From: a virus
Taxonomy: Duplodnaviria > Caudoviricetes
IMG/VR virus record: IMGVR_UViG_3300029305_005387
DNA length: 64,000 nt
Strand: one strand, 5' to 3'
How positions within the stretch are numbered: the stretch's first letter is position 1; every line of letters starts with the position of its first letter. The position numbers and the translations under genes were made by a program. This document shows positions 50,201 to 60,342 of the stretch, one piece after another. The notes beneath the pieces are model-generated. The model was given only the letters and a program-made list of their open reading frames with translations, ran no database searches and was not told where the DNA came from.

Positions 50201-53200
50201 AGTGAATTTCTCTTTAACTTTAGCACCTACCCAATGTAATCCAGCACTTGGTACGTTCAAATATTTATCAACTGTAAAGATAGCTTTAGTGAAACCACCT
50301 ACTGGGTTTTCAGGATCATCTTCAAAATCTAAACCTAATAAACCTGTTACATCACCATCTTTTACGAACTGTGAGATACTTTCATGGTTCTGTGTCAACG
50401 CTCCAAAACTATTGGAAACCTTTTCTTTTACAGCATTAAACTTAGAACTTACGCTATTACCTACCCAGTGAAGACCTGTTGGTACATAGTGTAAAAATTT
50501 ATCCACATTAAAAATTCCCTGTGTAAAACCACCTACTGGGTTTTCAGGGTCCATTTCCATTGTGGCTGCTCCTAAAGCTGTAAAATCTCCAGTTTTGGAA
50601 ATTGCATTCAGAGTATCATGATTTGTTCCTAAAGTAGTAAAACTATTGGAAACCTTTTCTTTTACAGCATTAAACTTATCGGCGATTTTATGTCCTACCC
50701 AAGATAAACCTGCAGGAACAAATGAAACAAATCTAACACCGTTAAAGATTGATCTTGTTAATTTACCAACTGGATTCTCATCATTATCAACGAATTCAGC
50801 TGTTTTCAATCCTTCTAAATCACCAGCACTAATGTACTGAGTTAAGTTTCCAACACTTGTCGATAGTTGATTAAAATCATTCTTAACGACGGATACTATT
50901 TTAGAAATCTTATCCCCAATAATACCACCAACTCGTTTAACCAAAGCTGTTGGAATGATGCTTAGACGAGAAGCGATTTTTGTAACTTTCATAAAATCGC
51001 CGACTGGATTATCTGGATCTTCATCCTCAACCTTAAACAGATCTGAGAAGTTTGAAGACTTATCTGTCAAGAGTTTATTTGCATATTCTCTTTCAGCAGA
51101 AATAGTACTTCCAAAATCTTTAACCTTTTTAACTACTCCAGTTACTTTATCAGCGATTCCATGACCAGCTGCAGATATTAATGTAGGTACTGTAATAAAT
51201 GTTTTTCCTGCATTATAAACTGCACTGCCAAAACCACTTATAGGACTATCAGTATCAACTTCAGAACTTTTACTAGAAAGAAGACCTTTTATATCACCTT
51301 TCTTAACATAACTGAATAGTGTTGCTGCTGAAGATTTAAAATCACTAAAACCTTTTTTAGCTTTATCACCAATATTTTCAGTAAATTCCTTAATAGAATC
51401 TCCAGCATTGGATAAAGCAGCTCCAGTTCTTTCAATCAGATTACCTTTAGTTTCTTTAACTACATAATTTCCTTCAGCATCGACTTTAGCAACACCATTT
51501 TCATCGGTTTCATAAACATCTCCACCAGTAAAGAAACGTCCAACACTATTAGCCCATTTACCAATTTTAGCACCGAATTTTTCATCTTTATAAAGTTCAT
51601 TACCTTCGGCATCAACAGCTCTAATGGCTTTACCTTCAGCGTCTCGAACAACAACACCCTCTTCATTTTTGACGTATTGTTTTTCTCCGCCTATAACAGC
51701 ACCTTTCAGACCTCCATCTATTATACCACCAGCATCATCAAAGACAAAGTTTCCTTCTTCATCTTTTTTCATACCGCCTCTTAGAACTTTATCAACCCAA
51801 CTTCCATTGTTTACAAGATCATTGAAAGTTGAACTATTAAGATCTGTACCATATTGAGCATTATATTTATCTTTCTGAGCAGTCATTTCACCTTGCTTCT
51901 CAGCAAGTGTAGCTGCTCCTTCTTCACCAGCAATCAACTTATATAAGAATTCAGCAATGTATTGTTGTAATGTTTTACCAGTCAATCCTAAAATAATAAG
52001 TTGATCAATGATATCAAGAGCACTTACGATAAAACCTACAGCAGGAGTCCATTCAAGAGCTTCAAATACACCTTTTTGAACTGCAGCTATAGCTTTCATA
52101 GTAGCATCTGCTTCTCCAGGAGCGACATTGAACAAATGTTCTACTGAACATAGACCAGAAGCAATACCAGATATAGCACCTATTGCAATTGGAACTCCGA
52201 CTCCTAAAGCAGAAATAGCCTGTTTAGCTGTTCCAGCTCCTAATTTTGCAGTAAGTTTAGCAGTAATCTTCTCAGCAATAGTAGATGTAACTTTACCAGT
52301 AGTTTTTCTGCAAATATCATCGAAGAAAGAAGTAATTTTTCCTCCAAAAGATTTTAACGCATTTACTGCTTTAAATTTAGTAGCAAGGAAATTAAAGAAT
52401 TTCTTCAGAATTTCAATAATATTATCAACAAGACCTACACCTTTATCTATTACTGACTTCTTACCTTTAATTGCAGATACTCCCTGATTCACAATTAGAC
52501 CTGCAGTTGTACCAGCAGTAACATAATCACCAAGTCTTTCAGAATTTTCTTCACTTAATCCAAGTTGGTCGCCTACATAACTAGCAGCTTCTCCAGCAAT
52601 AGTAGAAACTCCTGTCATTACACCAACACGTTTAGCATTAAGAACAACTTCATCTAGAGCTCCTTTACCAGTTTGACTTCTAGCCTCAGCTGCATCAGCA
52701 TCTGCGTCTTGTGCTCTCTGATAATAATCACCAGATTGGTCAGCTAACTGATCTCTTTGTTGACGTAATGTAGCTGCTCCATCAACATCTCCATCCATTT
52801 CAGCAATTCTTGCTCTACGAGTAAGATCAGAAGCTTCCGCATATGCATCATCAGCCATATTCATATAGTTTACAGAATCTCTTGTATACTTATATGCCTG
52901 ATAAGCAGGTTTCGTGATGGACTGTTTCAAAGGAGTGTAAAGTAAGTAATCATTCTTCGCTTCTGTTGCTCCTTGATGAATAACTTGTTCACCACTAGCA
53001 TCGGTATCATTATGATATACATTAGTAAATGGATTGAATAAATCAGTTTTATCATTTACTTCAGCATCAAATGTATTCAGGACTGTATTCACACCAGAGG
53101 TTACTGGATCATCAGATTTATCAGATCCCCAGAACTCTTCCCAAGAATCTCTCAGCTGATCAGCTATATTGTCCATATTACCAAAAGCACCTAATATAGT

Positions 53201-56200
53201 ATGAATAGCTGTTAAAATACCGCCCCATTTAATGAGATTATTCAGTATACCATTATCGCCACCAAGAATTTCAGTAATCTTTTCAAAGAAACTAGATTTC
53301 TCCTCTTTCTCCTCAGAAACTATTTCTTCTTGACTTTGTAGCAATTCACGTGACTTTGCTGCTAATACAGATTTATTACTGTCATCCTTAGCTGCTTCTG
53401 CAATAATCTGATTCACAAGTCTCTGATCTGTAGTTGTTATATGTCCTTCAGAAGCAAGTGTTGCAGCCATTCCTAATGTAGAATTAGCAAATCCTTCATC
53501 TTCTTCATGACGAGCACTTTGTGCTACTGTATCCTTTAAATCATCAGAAGGAGCTGCTTCAGCAGATGTTCTAAAATCATCTCCCTTAAACATATCAGCG
53601 ATTCCATGAAGTTCTGGATTAACCTGTCCTATGGTGGAATTATTTTCAGAAGACTCAGATTCTGCAGTTTTCTTAATCGAACCAGGTAGCCAAGACTTAA
53701 TTGTATTGATGATCTCATCAATTCTGGTGTGAAGACCCTCATCATGTGTATATATTGAACCCTTTTCAGATCCTAGCTCAGCAAGTGTTGTTACTCCTTC
53801 TCGGATTTCAGAAGTATCTTGTGCTGTTTGTACAGCAGCTTCATTTGCTGCTACTTCTTCAGGTGTGAGGACTCTCTCATGTGTATATTCTTTTACTTTG
53901 GCAGCCCATCTGGAACGACGTTCGTTTTCAGCTGCTTTATAGGTCTTATAGTCAGCATACTTATCATCTTTTGCTCTTTCATCTTTAATAGATGCAGCTC
54001 TATCTTTTCTACGAGATCTAATAAAAGATTTAGTAGAAACTGTCTTTTCTTCACCAGTCTCTTCATCAACATATGTATGCTTATTTTTACCTGCAATAGA
54101 ATTTGCAATACTACTTAAACCAGCTCCAATTACACCAGTACCAGCAGAACTTGCTCCTCGTGTTGCTCCACCAATCATAGCTATAGGAGCTTTGGCGACA
54201 TTAAGAAGTCCTTTTAATGGAGATAACATCATGTTTCCAATAAACTTAAAAACTTTACCAAAGTGAGATTCAGCAGAATTTGCAATTCTATCTTTAATAG
54301 CAACTCCAATATCGGATAATGGTCCAAGAATATTTTTCTTTAAATTATCTCCGATATGTTGGGCAGTTTTACCAATCTGGAATTTAATAGGATCAACGAT
54401 TCCATCAGTTAAGCGAGTTAAAAGACCTTTGGCTCTTCCTTTTTCATCTCTACCTATAAACAGATCTTTTATCTTGCTACCAATATCCATTCCTGATAAT
54501 GCATTACCAGCGACGGCACCCATTATTAGACCAATTGGCCCTCCTAATATACCAGCACCAGCAAATGCACCTACAGATGCAGATATTAATTTCTTACGTT
54601 TATTAACAATGGAATTATCTTCATCCTTATCTCCATAATCAAAATATCCTGCTACTTCTTTAAACCATCCAGCAGCTTTATCTTTGGTACCTGCAAACAT
54701 GTCTTTGACATAATCTTTTACAAATCCAAAATAACCGCCTTTTTCATTTTCAGCCACATCTACTCTATTACCATCTTCATCAGTATAACTGTAAGCATGA
54801 CCGAAAATTTTATGTTTCAAATAACCAGTAACATTTCCAAATTGATCATTTATTCGAGCTGCTCCAGCTTTAACCTGTTCGCCTGTTACCTCTGTAACAT
54901 CTCTCATGATTAAACTAAAAGCTTCTCGTACTTGTTCAGGAGATCCAGAGAATAAAGCCCTTCTTAAATTTCCTCCTCTTTCTTTACCCCATCTTACAAA
55001 ACGTTGTCCCTTAGACAACTCTTCAGTTGTTCCATCTTCAAGTTCTTGATTTTGTAACAGATTAGGTTCATCAAATGTATTTTCACCAGAAAGAGTAGAA
55101 ACTGTATTTTGTGATTGACCTGTAGCAATATCATTAGTTGCTTTAGGTCTATAATCAACTGGTGGAGATAAATATTCATTACCTCTTTCCGGATAAGGAT
55201 CAGTTTGAATATTTGAACTTCCTACTTGGAAAACATTAATACCTCTATTCAAAACTCTAAATATTTCATATAAAGCTTTATTTGAATAAAAAGTACCAGT
55301 ATGTATATTTCCAGTTGATTTAATTTCACTCTCCGCATTGCTTTGAATTCTACCATGTGATCTAAGAATATTTTGTACTTCTTTATCAGCATTAGATTTC
55401 ACATCAGAAAGATCCATGTTATAAGCATTTGCAGTGCTCAGATAAGAAGACATTTTACGATTACGATTTACATTTATCATTGCAATCTGATTAGAGATAT
55501 CAGTACTAATATTTGTATCCAAGTGTTTGGAAATGTTAGAACCCATTTGATCAACTCTGGCTCTTTCATTATCGCTCATCGTCAGATTGTTATTTTTATA
55601 TAAATCTTCAATATACTGAGTAAATTTTGAAGGATCCATTGTAAATCCTTCAATTTGCCTTCTAGCTTCTCCTCCTGCAGTTTTATTACCAAGATCAGTA
55701 ACCATAAAGTCATAGATCATCGATCCGAAACTATCATATCCAAATGATTCTCTAACTTGTCTACTTGCACTACCAAGAGAACCACTTGCAGTAGAAGCAT
55801 CTAAATAATCTTTTTTAATAGTAGCTTTAGTTGAAAACTTTCTTCCCTGATAATCATATACTACATCTTCTCCACTAATAGCGTTAAGAATCTTTCTAAG
55901 ATAACCAGGTATTGCATTCGTTATAGATTCATGAGCAATAGAATCAAATGGAACTGCTTTTAATTCTAATGAAGATCTAGTGTTACTAATATCCTGACGT
56001 CTAGAATCAATGCCGAATAAACGAGAAAGTTTTCCACTTTCACTCCAACTATTATTTTCTCCTAACCTAATCAAAGAATTCAAAACAGTGTCACTAATAG
56101 CACTGTCAAGAGCTTCCATATTTTTACGAAGATTAGGAGCTTTTGCATCTAAAATACTTGACAATATACCACTTGTCAATGCCTCTGGAGTTGCCATCTG

Positions 56201-56947
56201 TTTTAACATCGTAGGATTTAACAACATAGGCATGAAAGCAGTTATCATTCCTAATTCTGGATGATTTTTAATATTACCTTGGAGAATTTTCTTATATTCA
56301 GATAAACTAAATTTTCCAGAAGATAACATACTCTGAGTTGGATTTTCTTTAGAAGCAGCCGCAACTGTAGCTTCAATTGCAGTAGATGTATTTTTTGTAA
56401 CTATCTCTAAAATATTATTCAGAATTTCATGAGTACGATCAAAACCAGTTGAGATAATATTACTCTGTTGATCAACACTTGTTACAATATTAGCAGTCAA
56501 TTGCATATGACCTTCCATCATATGATGACCGCTTTCTACAACTGCTTTAGAAATTTTATTACTACTTGCTTCAGTTTCACTAATTTCTATTTCAGTAAGT
56601 TTTGCTGAACTAGATTCTTCTAGGTCAATATCAAAATCTAATGAGGAATCGAAATCAATAGATCCAATATCTCCAAAATCATCTTCACTTTGCATAAACC
56701 ATCTGAATACATCTTTTAACCCAGTTTGAACTTTCATTTGTTTCAAACTAGGCATTATAGCTTGCATATTTTTACTCAATGCATTAGATGCTGAAGAAAT
56801 CGTACTAGTTGCTTCTGTAATAGTACTAGTGGTCACTGGCATTACATCTTTAATATAATCACCAGCAGCACCAGTAATCAAACCAGTCGTTCTTTTTAGA
56901 AAATCTCCGGCAATACTGCCTTTTTTTGTACTAATAGAAGCAGCCAT
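47282..56947 (-). CDS. giant tail (tape-measure-like) protein with M23 peptidase, CHAP amidase and phage tail lysozyme domains
   Basis: HYGVD..HL..STGAHLHY (M23); PWCMAFV..HTGIV..TIEGN (CHAP); IAGVLGCWTKES..GIGYAQWT.R (tail lysozyme); DPENPVGGF repeats. Confidence 0.85.
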   Translation of the reverse strand: MAASISTKKGSIAGDFLKRTTGLITGAAGDYIKDVMPVTTSTITEATSTISSASNALSKNMQAIMPSLKQMKVQTGLKDVFRWFMQSEDDFGDIGSIDFDSSLDFDIDLEESSSAKLTEIEISETEASSNKISKAVVESGHHMMEGHMQLTANIVTSVDQQSNIISTGFDRTHEILNNILEIVTKNTSTAIEATVAAASKENPTQSMLSSGKFSLSEYKKILQGNIKNHPELGMITAFMPMLLNPTMLKQMATPEALTSGILSSILDAKAPNLRKNMEALDSAISDTVLNSLIRLGENNSWSESGKLSRLFGIDSRRQDISNTRSSLELKAVPFDSIAHESITNAIPGYLRKILNAISGEDVVYDYQGRKFSTKATIKKDYLDASTASGSLGSASRQVRESFGYDSFGSMIYDFMVTDLGNKTAGGEARRQIEGFTMDPSKFTQYIEDLYKNNNLTMSDNERARVDQMGSNISKHLDTNISTDISNQIAMINVNRNRKMSSYLSTANAYNMDLSDVKSNADKEVQNILRSHGRIQSNAESEIKSTGNIHTGTFYSNKALYEIFRVLNRGINVFQVGSSNIQTDPYPERGNEYLSPPVDYRPKATNDIATGQSQNTVSTLSGENTFDEPNLLQNQELEDGTTEELSKGQRFVRWGKERGGNLRRALFSGSPEQVREAFSLIMRDVTEVTGEQVKAGAARINDQFGNVTGYLKHKIFGHAYSYTDEDGNRVDVAENEKGGYFGFVKDYVKDMFAGTKDKAAGWFKEVAGYFDYGDKDEDNSIVNKRKKLISASVGAFAGAGILGGPIGLIMGAVAGNALSGMDIGSKIKDLFIGRDEKGRAKGLLTRLTDGIVDPIKFQIGKTAQHIGDNLKKNILGPLSDIGVAIKDRIANSAESHFGKVFKFIGNMMLSPLKGLLNVAKAPIAMIGGATRGASSAGTGVIGAGLSSIANSIAGKNKHTYVDEETGEEKTVSTKSFIRSRRKDRAASIKDERAKDDKYADYKTYKAAENERRSRWAAKVKEYTHERVLTPEEVAANEAAVQTAQDTSEIREGVTTLAELGSEKGSIYTHDEGLHTRIDEIINTIKSWLPGSIKKTAESESSENNSTIGQVNPELHGIADMFKGDDFRTSAEAAPSDDLKDTVAQSARHEEDEGFANSTLGMAATLASEGHITTTDQRLVNQIIAEAAKDDSNKSVLAAKSRELLQSQEEIVSEEKEEKSSFFEKITEILGGDNGILNNLIKWGGILTAIHTILGAFGNMDNIADQLRDSWEEFWGSDKSDDPVTSGVNTVLNTFDAEVNDKTDLFNPFTNVYHNDTDASGEQVIHQGATEAKNDYLLYTPLKQSITKPAYQAYKYTRDSVNYMNMADDAYAEASDLTRRARIAEMDGDVDGAATLRQQRDQLADQSGDYYQRAQDADADAAEARSQTGKGALDEVVLNAKRVGVMTGVSTIAGEAASYVGDQLGLSEENSERLGDYVTAGTTAGLIVNQGVSAIKGKKSVIDKGVGLVDNIIEILKKFFNFLATKFKAVNALKSFGGKITSFFDDICRKTTGKVTSTIAEKITAKLTAKLGAGTAKQAISALGVGVPIAIGAISGIASGLCSVEHLFNVAPGEADATMKAIAAVQKGVFEALEWTPAVGFIVSALDIIDQLIILGLTGKTLQQYIAEFLYKLIAGEEGAATLAEKQGEMTAQKDKYNAQYGTDLNSSTFNDLVNNGSWVDKVLRGGMKKDEEGNFVFDDAGGIIDGGLKGAVIGGEKQYVKNEEGVVVRDAEGKAIRAVDAEGNELYKDEKFGAKIGKWANSVGRFFTGGDVYETDENGVAKVDAEGNYVVKETKGNLIERTGAALSNAGDSIKEFTENIGDKAKKGFSDFKSSAATLFSYVKKGDIKGLLSSKSSEVDTDSPISGFGSAVYNAGKTFITVPTLISAAGHGIADKVTGVVKKVKDFGSTISAEREYANKLLTDKSSNFSDLFKVEDEDPDNPVGDFMKVTKIASRLSIIPTALVKRVGGIIGDKISKIVSVVKNDFNQLSTSVGNLTQYISAGDLEGLKTAEFVDNDENPVGKLTRSIFNGVRFVSFVPAGLSWVGHKIADKFNAVKEKVSNSFTTLGTNHDTLNAISKTGDFTALGAATMEMDPENPVGGFTQGIFNVDKFLHYVPTGLHWVGNSVSSKFNAVKEKVSNSFGALTQNHESISQFVKDGDVTGLLGLDFEDDPENPVGGFTKAIFTVDKYLNVPSAGLHWVGAKVKEKFTAMLDTIGEAKSTLDTNVDSIEEYAKAGDFEGIKSLEYEDNSENPLGGIMKAMFGVAKLINYPRAGIHVIGNKIKEGFEGISTKVSSNKSTLDTALSDLADSAKDGDVNAVWSKELTLEDGDPLSAIWKVSFTISKLFNSAVAIVSSIGNWIEDAIDSVKEKFSGGLEKFWDWLGGSGGDSEGVGGPRIGGAVPFRSSMQPAYAGIGGSIEGGNPLNKSYSVSSGFGKRRHPYEGYHYGVDLIPRDGSKTADVESRFSGTISKVERTVADNDTAHKDANGKWSYSGNKSGGNEVWIDTDNGKRVKNMHLAAGSIPSSIKPGARVEVGTKIGRMGSTGWSTGAHLHYQIENDAKLGRKSAINPIHGGYQEIDNDSRIGTGGTSDGIFNQLIDKIQEVGTGFLNLITGGLFSNNSSSSSSSISGSSGAYSGGVGSAADFLAMCAAEIGTTENPPGSNKVKYNTWYYGKEVSGDSYPWCMAFVQWCFNNAGLTLPHKTASCSQLMNWYKSNQSDKVHTSNPKPGDIIIWTKSTSSMSHTGIVEEVLGNGYIQTIEGNTSASDAGSQSNGGCVARKKRKMSEVTVYIRAVDFSNLQTSLSSISSVGEGAEELWKYFKGLGYSDHAIAGVLGCWTKESGNRSKRVEWDYSNSFKTLLGYDKVLNDRSAMDNYTQALFNQYASQGLSINRAAYKASDGHYYPGIGYAQWTGPRGKALLDFARSNNLDWGDSATQLAFLDTELKGSYSGVRSKIENASSPEEAARLFCKYFEGYSGDSSSRQSTARSLYNQLKGKYGTGGSIEDENYDFESQNAQVLKDPSGKTLEVQADPGNIEDGIGGPTDSSIGTMNNYATTQRKSIPKVTPSDNYSVTHTLNQSNPPIIKASAPVTSDNSYQHDIIPGTDLSGVIGLMKQVVSELVKISTNTGSSTTLLSSLNEKEFVDQGLRDSINALGKSKSKTFNKGSSSYSSARSITAMARP

Positions 56948-57074
56948 TTCGCGTTCACCACCTTTATAAAATAATTACTTCTTACGTGTTTTAATAAGTG
57001 TGTGCAGAAATAACATCAAATGAAGAAAAAATAAAAGGGTGGAAATTTCCACCCTTTTATTTCATAAACTATTT

Positions 57075-57389
57075 TTACTTGTTATCATCCTCGAAAGGAT
57101 CTTCTTCAGCAGACACTACATCATTTGTTTCCATACTATCTTCGGAATTCTCTTCGTTAATCTCAGTTTCTTCAGTGTCAGATTCAAATGCATATTCCAT
57201 GAGTTTAATACCAGCTAAGAGAAGAGGAATTTCTGTCATTACAGTTACAGCTGTTCTACCAAGCTCCCAGATGAACTTAGGAACTTTCTGACCCTTCTGT
57301 CTTGTTACTTCCGATACGACGATTCCTGCAGCTACTCCACTCAAACTTGTTGCGATACCAATTGCCAATTTTCCTTTATTAATCTTCAT
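57075..57389 (-). CDS. hypothetical membrane-associated protein
   Basis: Hydrophobic N-terminus, acidic tail. Confidence 0.65.
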   Translation of the reverse strand: MKINKGKLAIGIATSLSGVAAGIVVSEVTRQKGQKVPKFIWELGRTAVTVMTEIPLLLAGIKLMEYAFESDTEETEINEENSEDSMETNDVVSAEEDPFEDDNK

Positions 57390-57407
57390 AATATTATCTC
57401 CTTTTCT

Positions 57408-57788
57408 TTATTTGTTGATATATGGTGTTAAAAGATCTCTCAGTACTTCTTTTACAGCTCCACCATGGTATGTTACTACCATCCATTCACCATTACAAAT
57501 GGAAGCATCAATGCTATGGTGTTCAGGAACTGAATAATCACAGATTCCAGGTCTTGTACATGGATAAATCTTAACGTTAGAATGTTCTGGATCAAATACA
57601 AAATTGCAAAATGAATCAAATGACTTAGTAATAGAATCACGATGAACTACGTTTACTTGAACTTTATTATCGTAAACATGAAGACCCCACTCACCAGCGA
57701 AACCAGCAGGAATATGAATACCAATATCATTGACTTTGCATTCCTGAATGTAATTGAATAAATCCCTAAATGTAACTTCTCTGTTCAT
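57408..57788 (-). CDS. hypothetical early protein
   Basis: 126 aa, downstream of the conserved promoter/leader block. Confidence 0.7.
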   Translation of the reverse strand: MNREVTFRDLFNYIQECKVNDIGIHIPAGFAGEWGLHVYDNKVQVNVVHRDSITKSFDSFCNFVFDPEHSNVKIYPCTRPGICDYSVPEHHSIDASICNGEWMVVTYHGGAVKEVLRDLLTPYINK

Positions 57789-57837
57789 AATATGAACCTC
57801 CTTGTTGTGTATTATTTTATGTATATAATTTACCTTT

Positions 57838-57880
57838 GTTACATATTAAGAATATATTAGAAAATATTATAGATATACGA
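57838..57880 (-). promoter_or_regulatory. putative phage early promoter
   Basis: TCGTAT-N18-TATATTCTTAATATGTAAC; leader nearly identical to 2612-2683. Confidence 0.65.
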
Positions 57881-58075
57881 TCGTCAATAATATAAGTATA
57901 ACTAAAGCATAAATTTTATAAAAATAAAATTACTAAATATTATATTATCATTAGCATTTTTACAGGAGATATGATCCTAAACACACAGACATTTCATTTA
58001 CCAAAAATGCGTACGATTTTTCAATAAAAATACCCAAAAAATGAATTATGAGAGGGAATTCCCTCTCATAATTCA

Positions 58076-59161
58076 TTACTGTAATAGAGCTGATAAATTA
58101 ATAGGATTATCCAAGAATCGTTTGTTATTCAAACTTTCAACTGATTCTAGATCAATCTTATCAACCATCTGAGATTTAATTTCTTCGATATCAACTTCAC
58201 TTAACATTTCATACTGTGAATCTATTGAAGAACATAGAAAAGCTTGTTTCATATCGTCCCTATATTTTTCTGGAAATAAACCAATTATAGAATCAATTGA
58301 TGAGAAATCTTTCAAGACGTTTCCCTGTCTAATTCCCTCTTTGAGAATACTTGTTAACTTACCAATTCCAAATCCGAATGTACCTCGAATATTTCTAATT
58401 TTACTACCATTAATTGCAATTAATAAACGATAATACATTTCAGAATTAAATAATGATAAATCAAACGGAGATTCGTCTTTGATAATAGTTCTAACTGTAC
58501 TTTCAATATCGCTAGTAACATTAAAATGTTTAAATCTTCTTTTCACATATAATACAATAAATGAAGAATTAAACATATATAGTGTATCAAATATATCTGC
58601 AGTAATTATGATATTTTTACCAGTATTCATTCTTGATACAGCTAATGGGATTACACTACTATCGAATGATTTACTTTTGATAAAATAACATCCAGGTATA
58701 TATGACATAATTAATTCAATTTCTGGAATAATAATGTCTTCAAGTAATTCACCCATTGCTCTAAATGCAGGAACTTGTTTATATTTATTGAAATAAAAAT
58801 CTCTGTAATATTTATTATATACTTCCATTTGTTGTGGTGTATCTTTCGAGAGATCTGTATAATATAAATAAATATTTACTTTACAATCATCTTTTCTAAA
58901 ATAATAACGATAATGAGCAACTAAGTTCAATATTGCAGCTTCTAATTCGATAACCACTTTTTGTTTATGATACGCAATACTACTTGCCAAACTTTTATGA
59001 ACTGTCAAATTATTCATTATTGATTCAAAGTTAATAAATACATTTACTTCGTCTCCTTTTTGTATCTTCATAGGTTGTAAAGCTAAATGTCTATTTAATA
59101 AATCCCATTTTAACATTAATAAACCAGCCGAAATACCTATGCCTGGTGTGTAGTTCTCCAT
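58076..59161 (-). CDS. 5'-3' exonuclease / FEN-RNase H-like (PIN fold) protein
   Basis: IITADIFD and H3TH-like NIRGTFGFGIGK; located next to primase. Confidence 0.5.
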   Translation of the reverse strand: MENYTPGIGISAGLLMLKWDLLNRHLALQPMKIQKGDEVNVFINFESIMNNLTVHKSLASSIAYHKQKVVIELEAAILNLVAHYRYYFRKDDCKVNIYLYYTDLSKDTPQQMEVYNKYYRDFYFNKYKQVPAFRAMGELLEDIIIPEIELIMSYIPGCYFIKSKSFDSSVIPLAVSRMNTGKNIIITADIFDTLYMFNSSFIVLYVKRRFKHFNVTSDIESTVRTIIKDESPFDLSLFNSEMYYRLLIAINGSKIRNIRGTFGFGIGKLTSILKEGIRQGNVLKDFSSIDSIIGLFPEKYRDDMKQAFLCSSIDSQYEMLSEVDIEEIKSQMVDKIDLESVESLNNKRFLDNPINLSALLQ

Positions 59162-59179
59162 AATTGCACACTTCCTTTC

Positions 59180-60163
59180 TTATATTCTCTTTTCAATTAA
59201 TTGTATCTTATCTAATCTTACTCCAACATCTTTAGATTTAATATTTTTATACATAAATATGTCTTTACACATCCATTTGTATTGTTTTAAATCTTTCTTT
59301 AGTAGTTTTTCATCTATACCATTATCAATATAAATCTTGAAAATTATGTTACTGCCTATAAATCCTTTAGAGATTGCATATTCAAGAGCACTAATATAAT
59401 TAGAACTTAAAGATGCAATATACACAGAATTTTCTCCGTCATTAAAATTCTTATATACTGATAAAATATCCATAATTCCTTCAGCAATGTTAACAACGAT
59501 TGGTTCGGTAGTAAACAAATTCAGTGTACTTTTAATTGTATAGACAGATTTATGATCTCCTGGAATTATTTTTATTTTTCTCCATTGATGATCATATTCA
59601 CTACTTAAGAATGTTCTCACCATAACCATTGTCTTATCATCAGATAAAAATGTTATTGAGTCTCTATTACTAGGTAAACTATTTTTTGTTTTGCTACTAG
59701 TAATATATTGAGATAGATCATTAATATTCCAGATGATTTTAAATCTATCATAATCTTCTTGTGTAAATCCTTTACCTAACCTTGATTCAATATATTTAAC
59801 CTGTGGAGAATCCATGATGGGAATTCCAGTAATTATGTCCAGATTAGCTAATTTAATAGAAGGAATTCGGTTATATTTTTGATTTTCTACTAGGCTTATA
59901 GTATCTTTTTTTACATTTAATTTTTCTAAAAATTTAGAAGTTACTCTACCAGAAGAATTACATAAAAAGCAATTATATAATAAAGGCTCACTAGGATCAT
60001 ATCCGCATTTAATATAGCAATGAGCATCTTTTGGATTCTTTTGACTATCTCCACATATAGGACATCTAATTACATATTGAATATTATTGATCTTCTTGAA
60101 CACTGGTACAGAAGCTTGTATATCATCAAGAATTTTTAATTTCGTTTCATTCATGTCACACAC
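59180..60163 (-). CDS. DNA primase (Zn finger + Toprim)
   Basis: RCPICGDS...NCFLC, IAEGIMD, YIDN, KDVG. Confidence 0.8.
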   Translation of the reverse strand: MCDMNETKLKILDDIQASVPVFKKINNIQYVIRCPICGDSQKNPKDAHCYIKCGYDPSEPLLYNCFLCNSSGRVTSKFLEKLNVKKDTISLVENQKYNRIPSIKLANLDIITGIPIMDSPQVKYIESRLGKGFTQEDYDRFKIIWNINDLSQYITSSKTKNSLPSNRDSITFLSDDKTMVMVRTFLSSEYDHQWRKIKIIPGDHKSVYTIKSTLNLFTTEPIVVNIAEGIMDILSVYKNFNDGENSVYIASLSSNYISALEYAISKGFIGSNIIFKIYIDNGIDEKLLKKDLKQYKWMCKDIFMYKNIKSKDVGVRLDKIQLIEKRI

Positions 60164-60342
60164 TCCAATCTATATATTTCTCTCATATTTTTATAATAAT
60201 ATATAACTTAGGATTATATATTATTAACATAAGGATTGAGAGTAAGTTTAACTTTATGAGTAAACTCTTTAAAAGAAGTAACATATATTTTATATCAAAT
60301 CCTTAAACAACAATAAAACATTTCAAGGAGGTTCATTTAACA

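Noticed and set aside
47773-56264. Numerous short alternative-frame and antisense ORFs inside large genes (also elsewhere in the window)
   Set aside because: Shadow ORFs fully overlapping well-supported genes, without RBS or recognisable motifs
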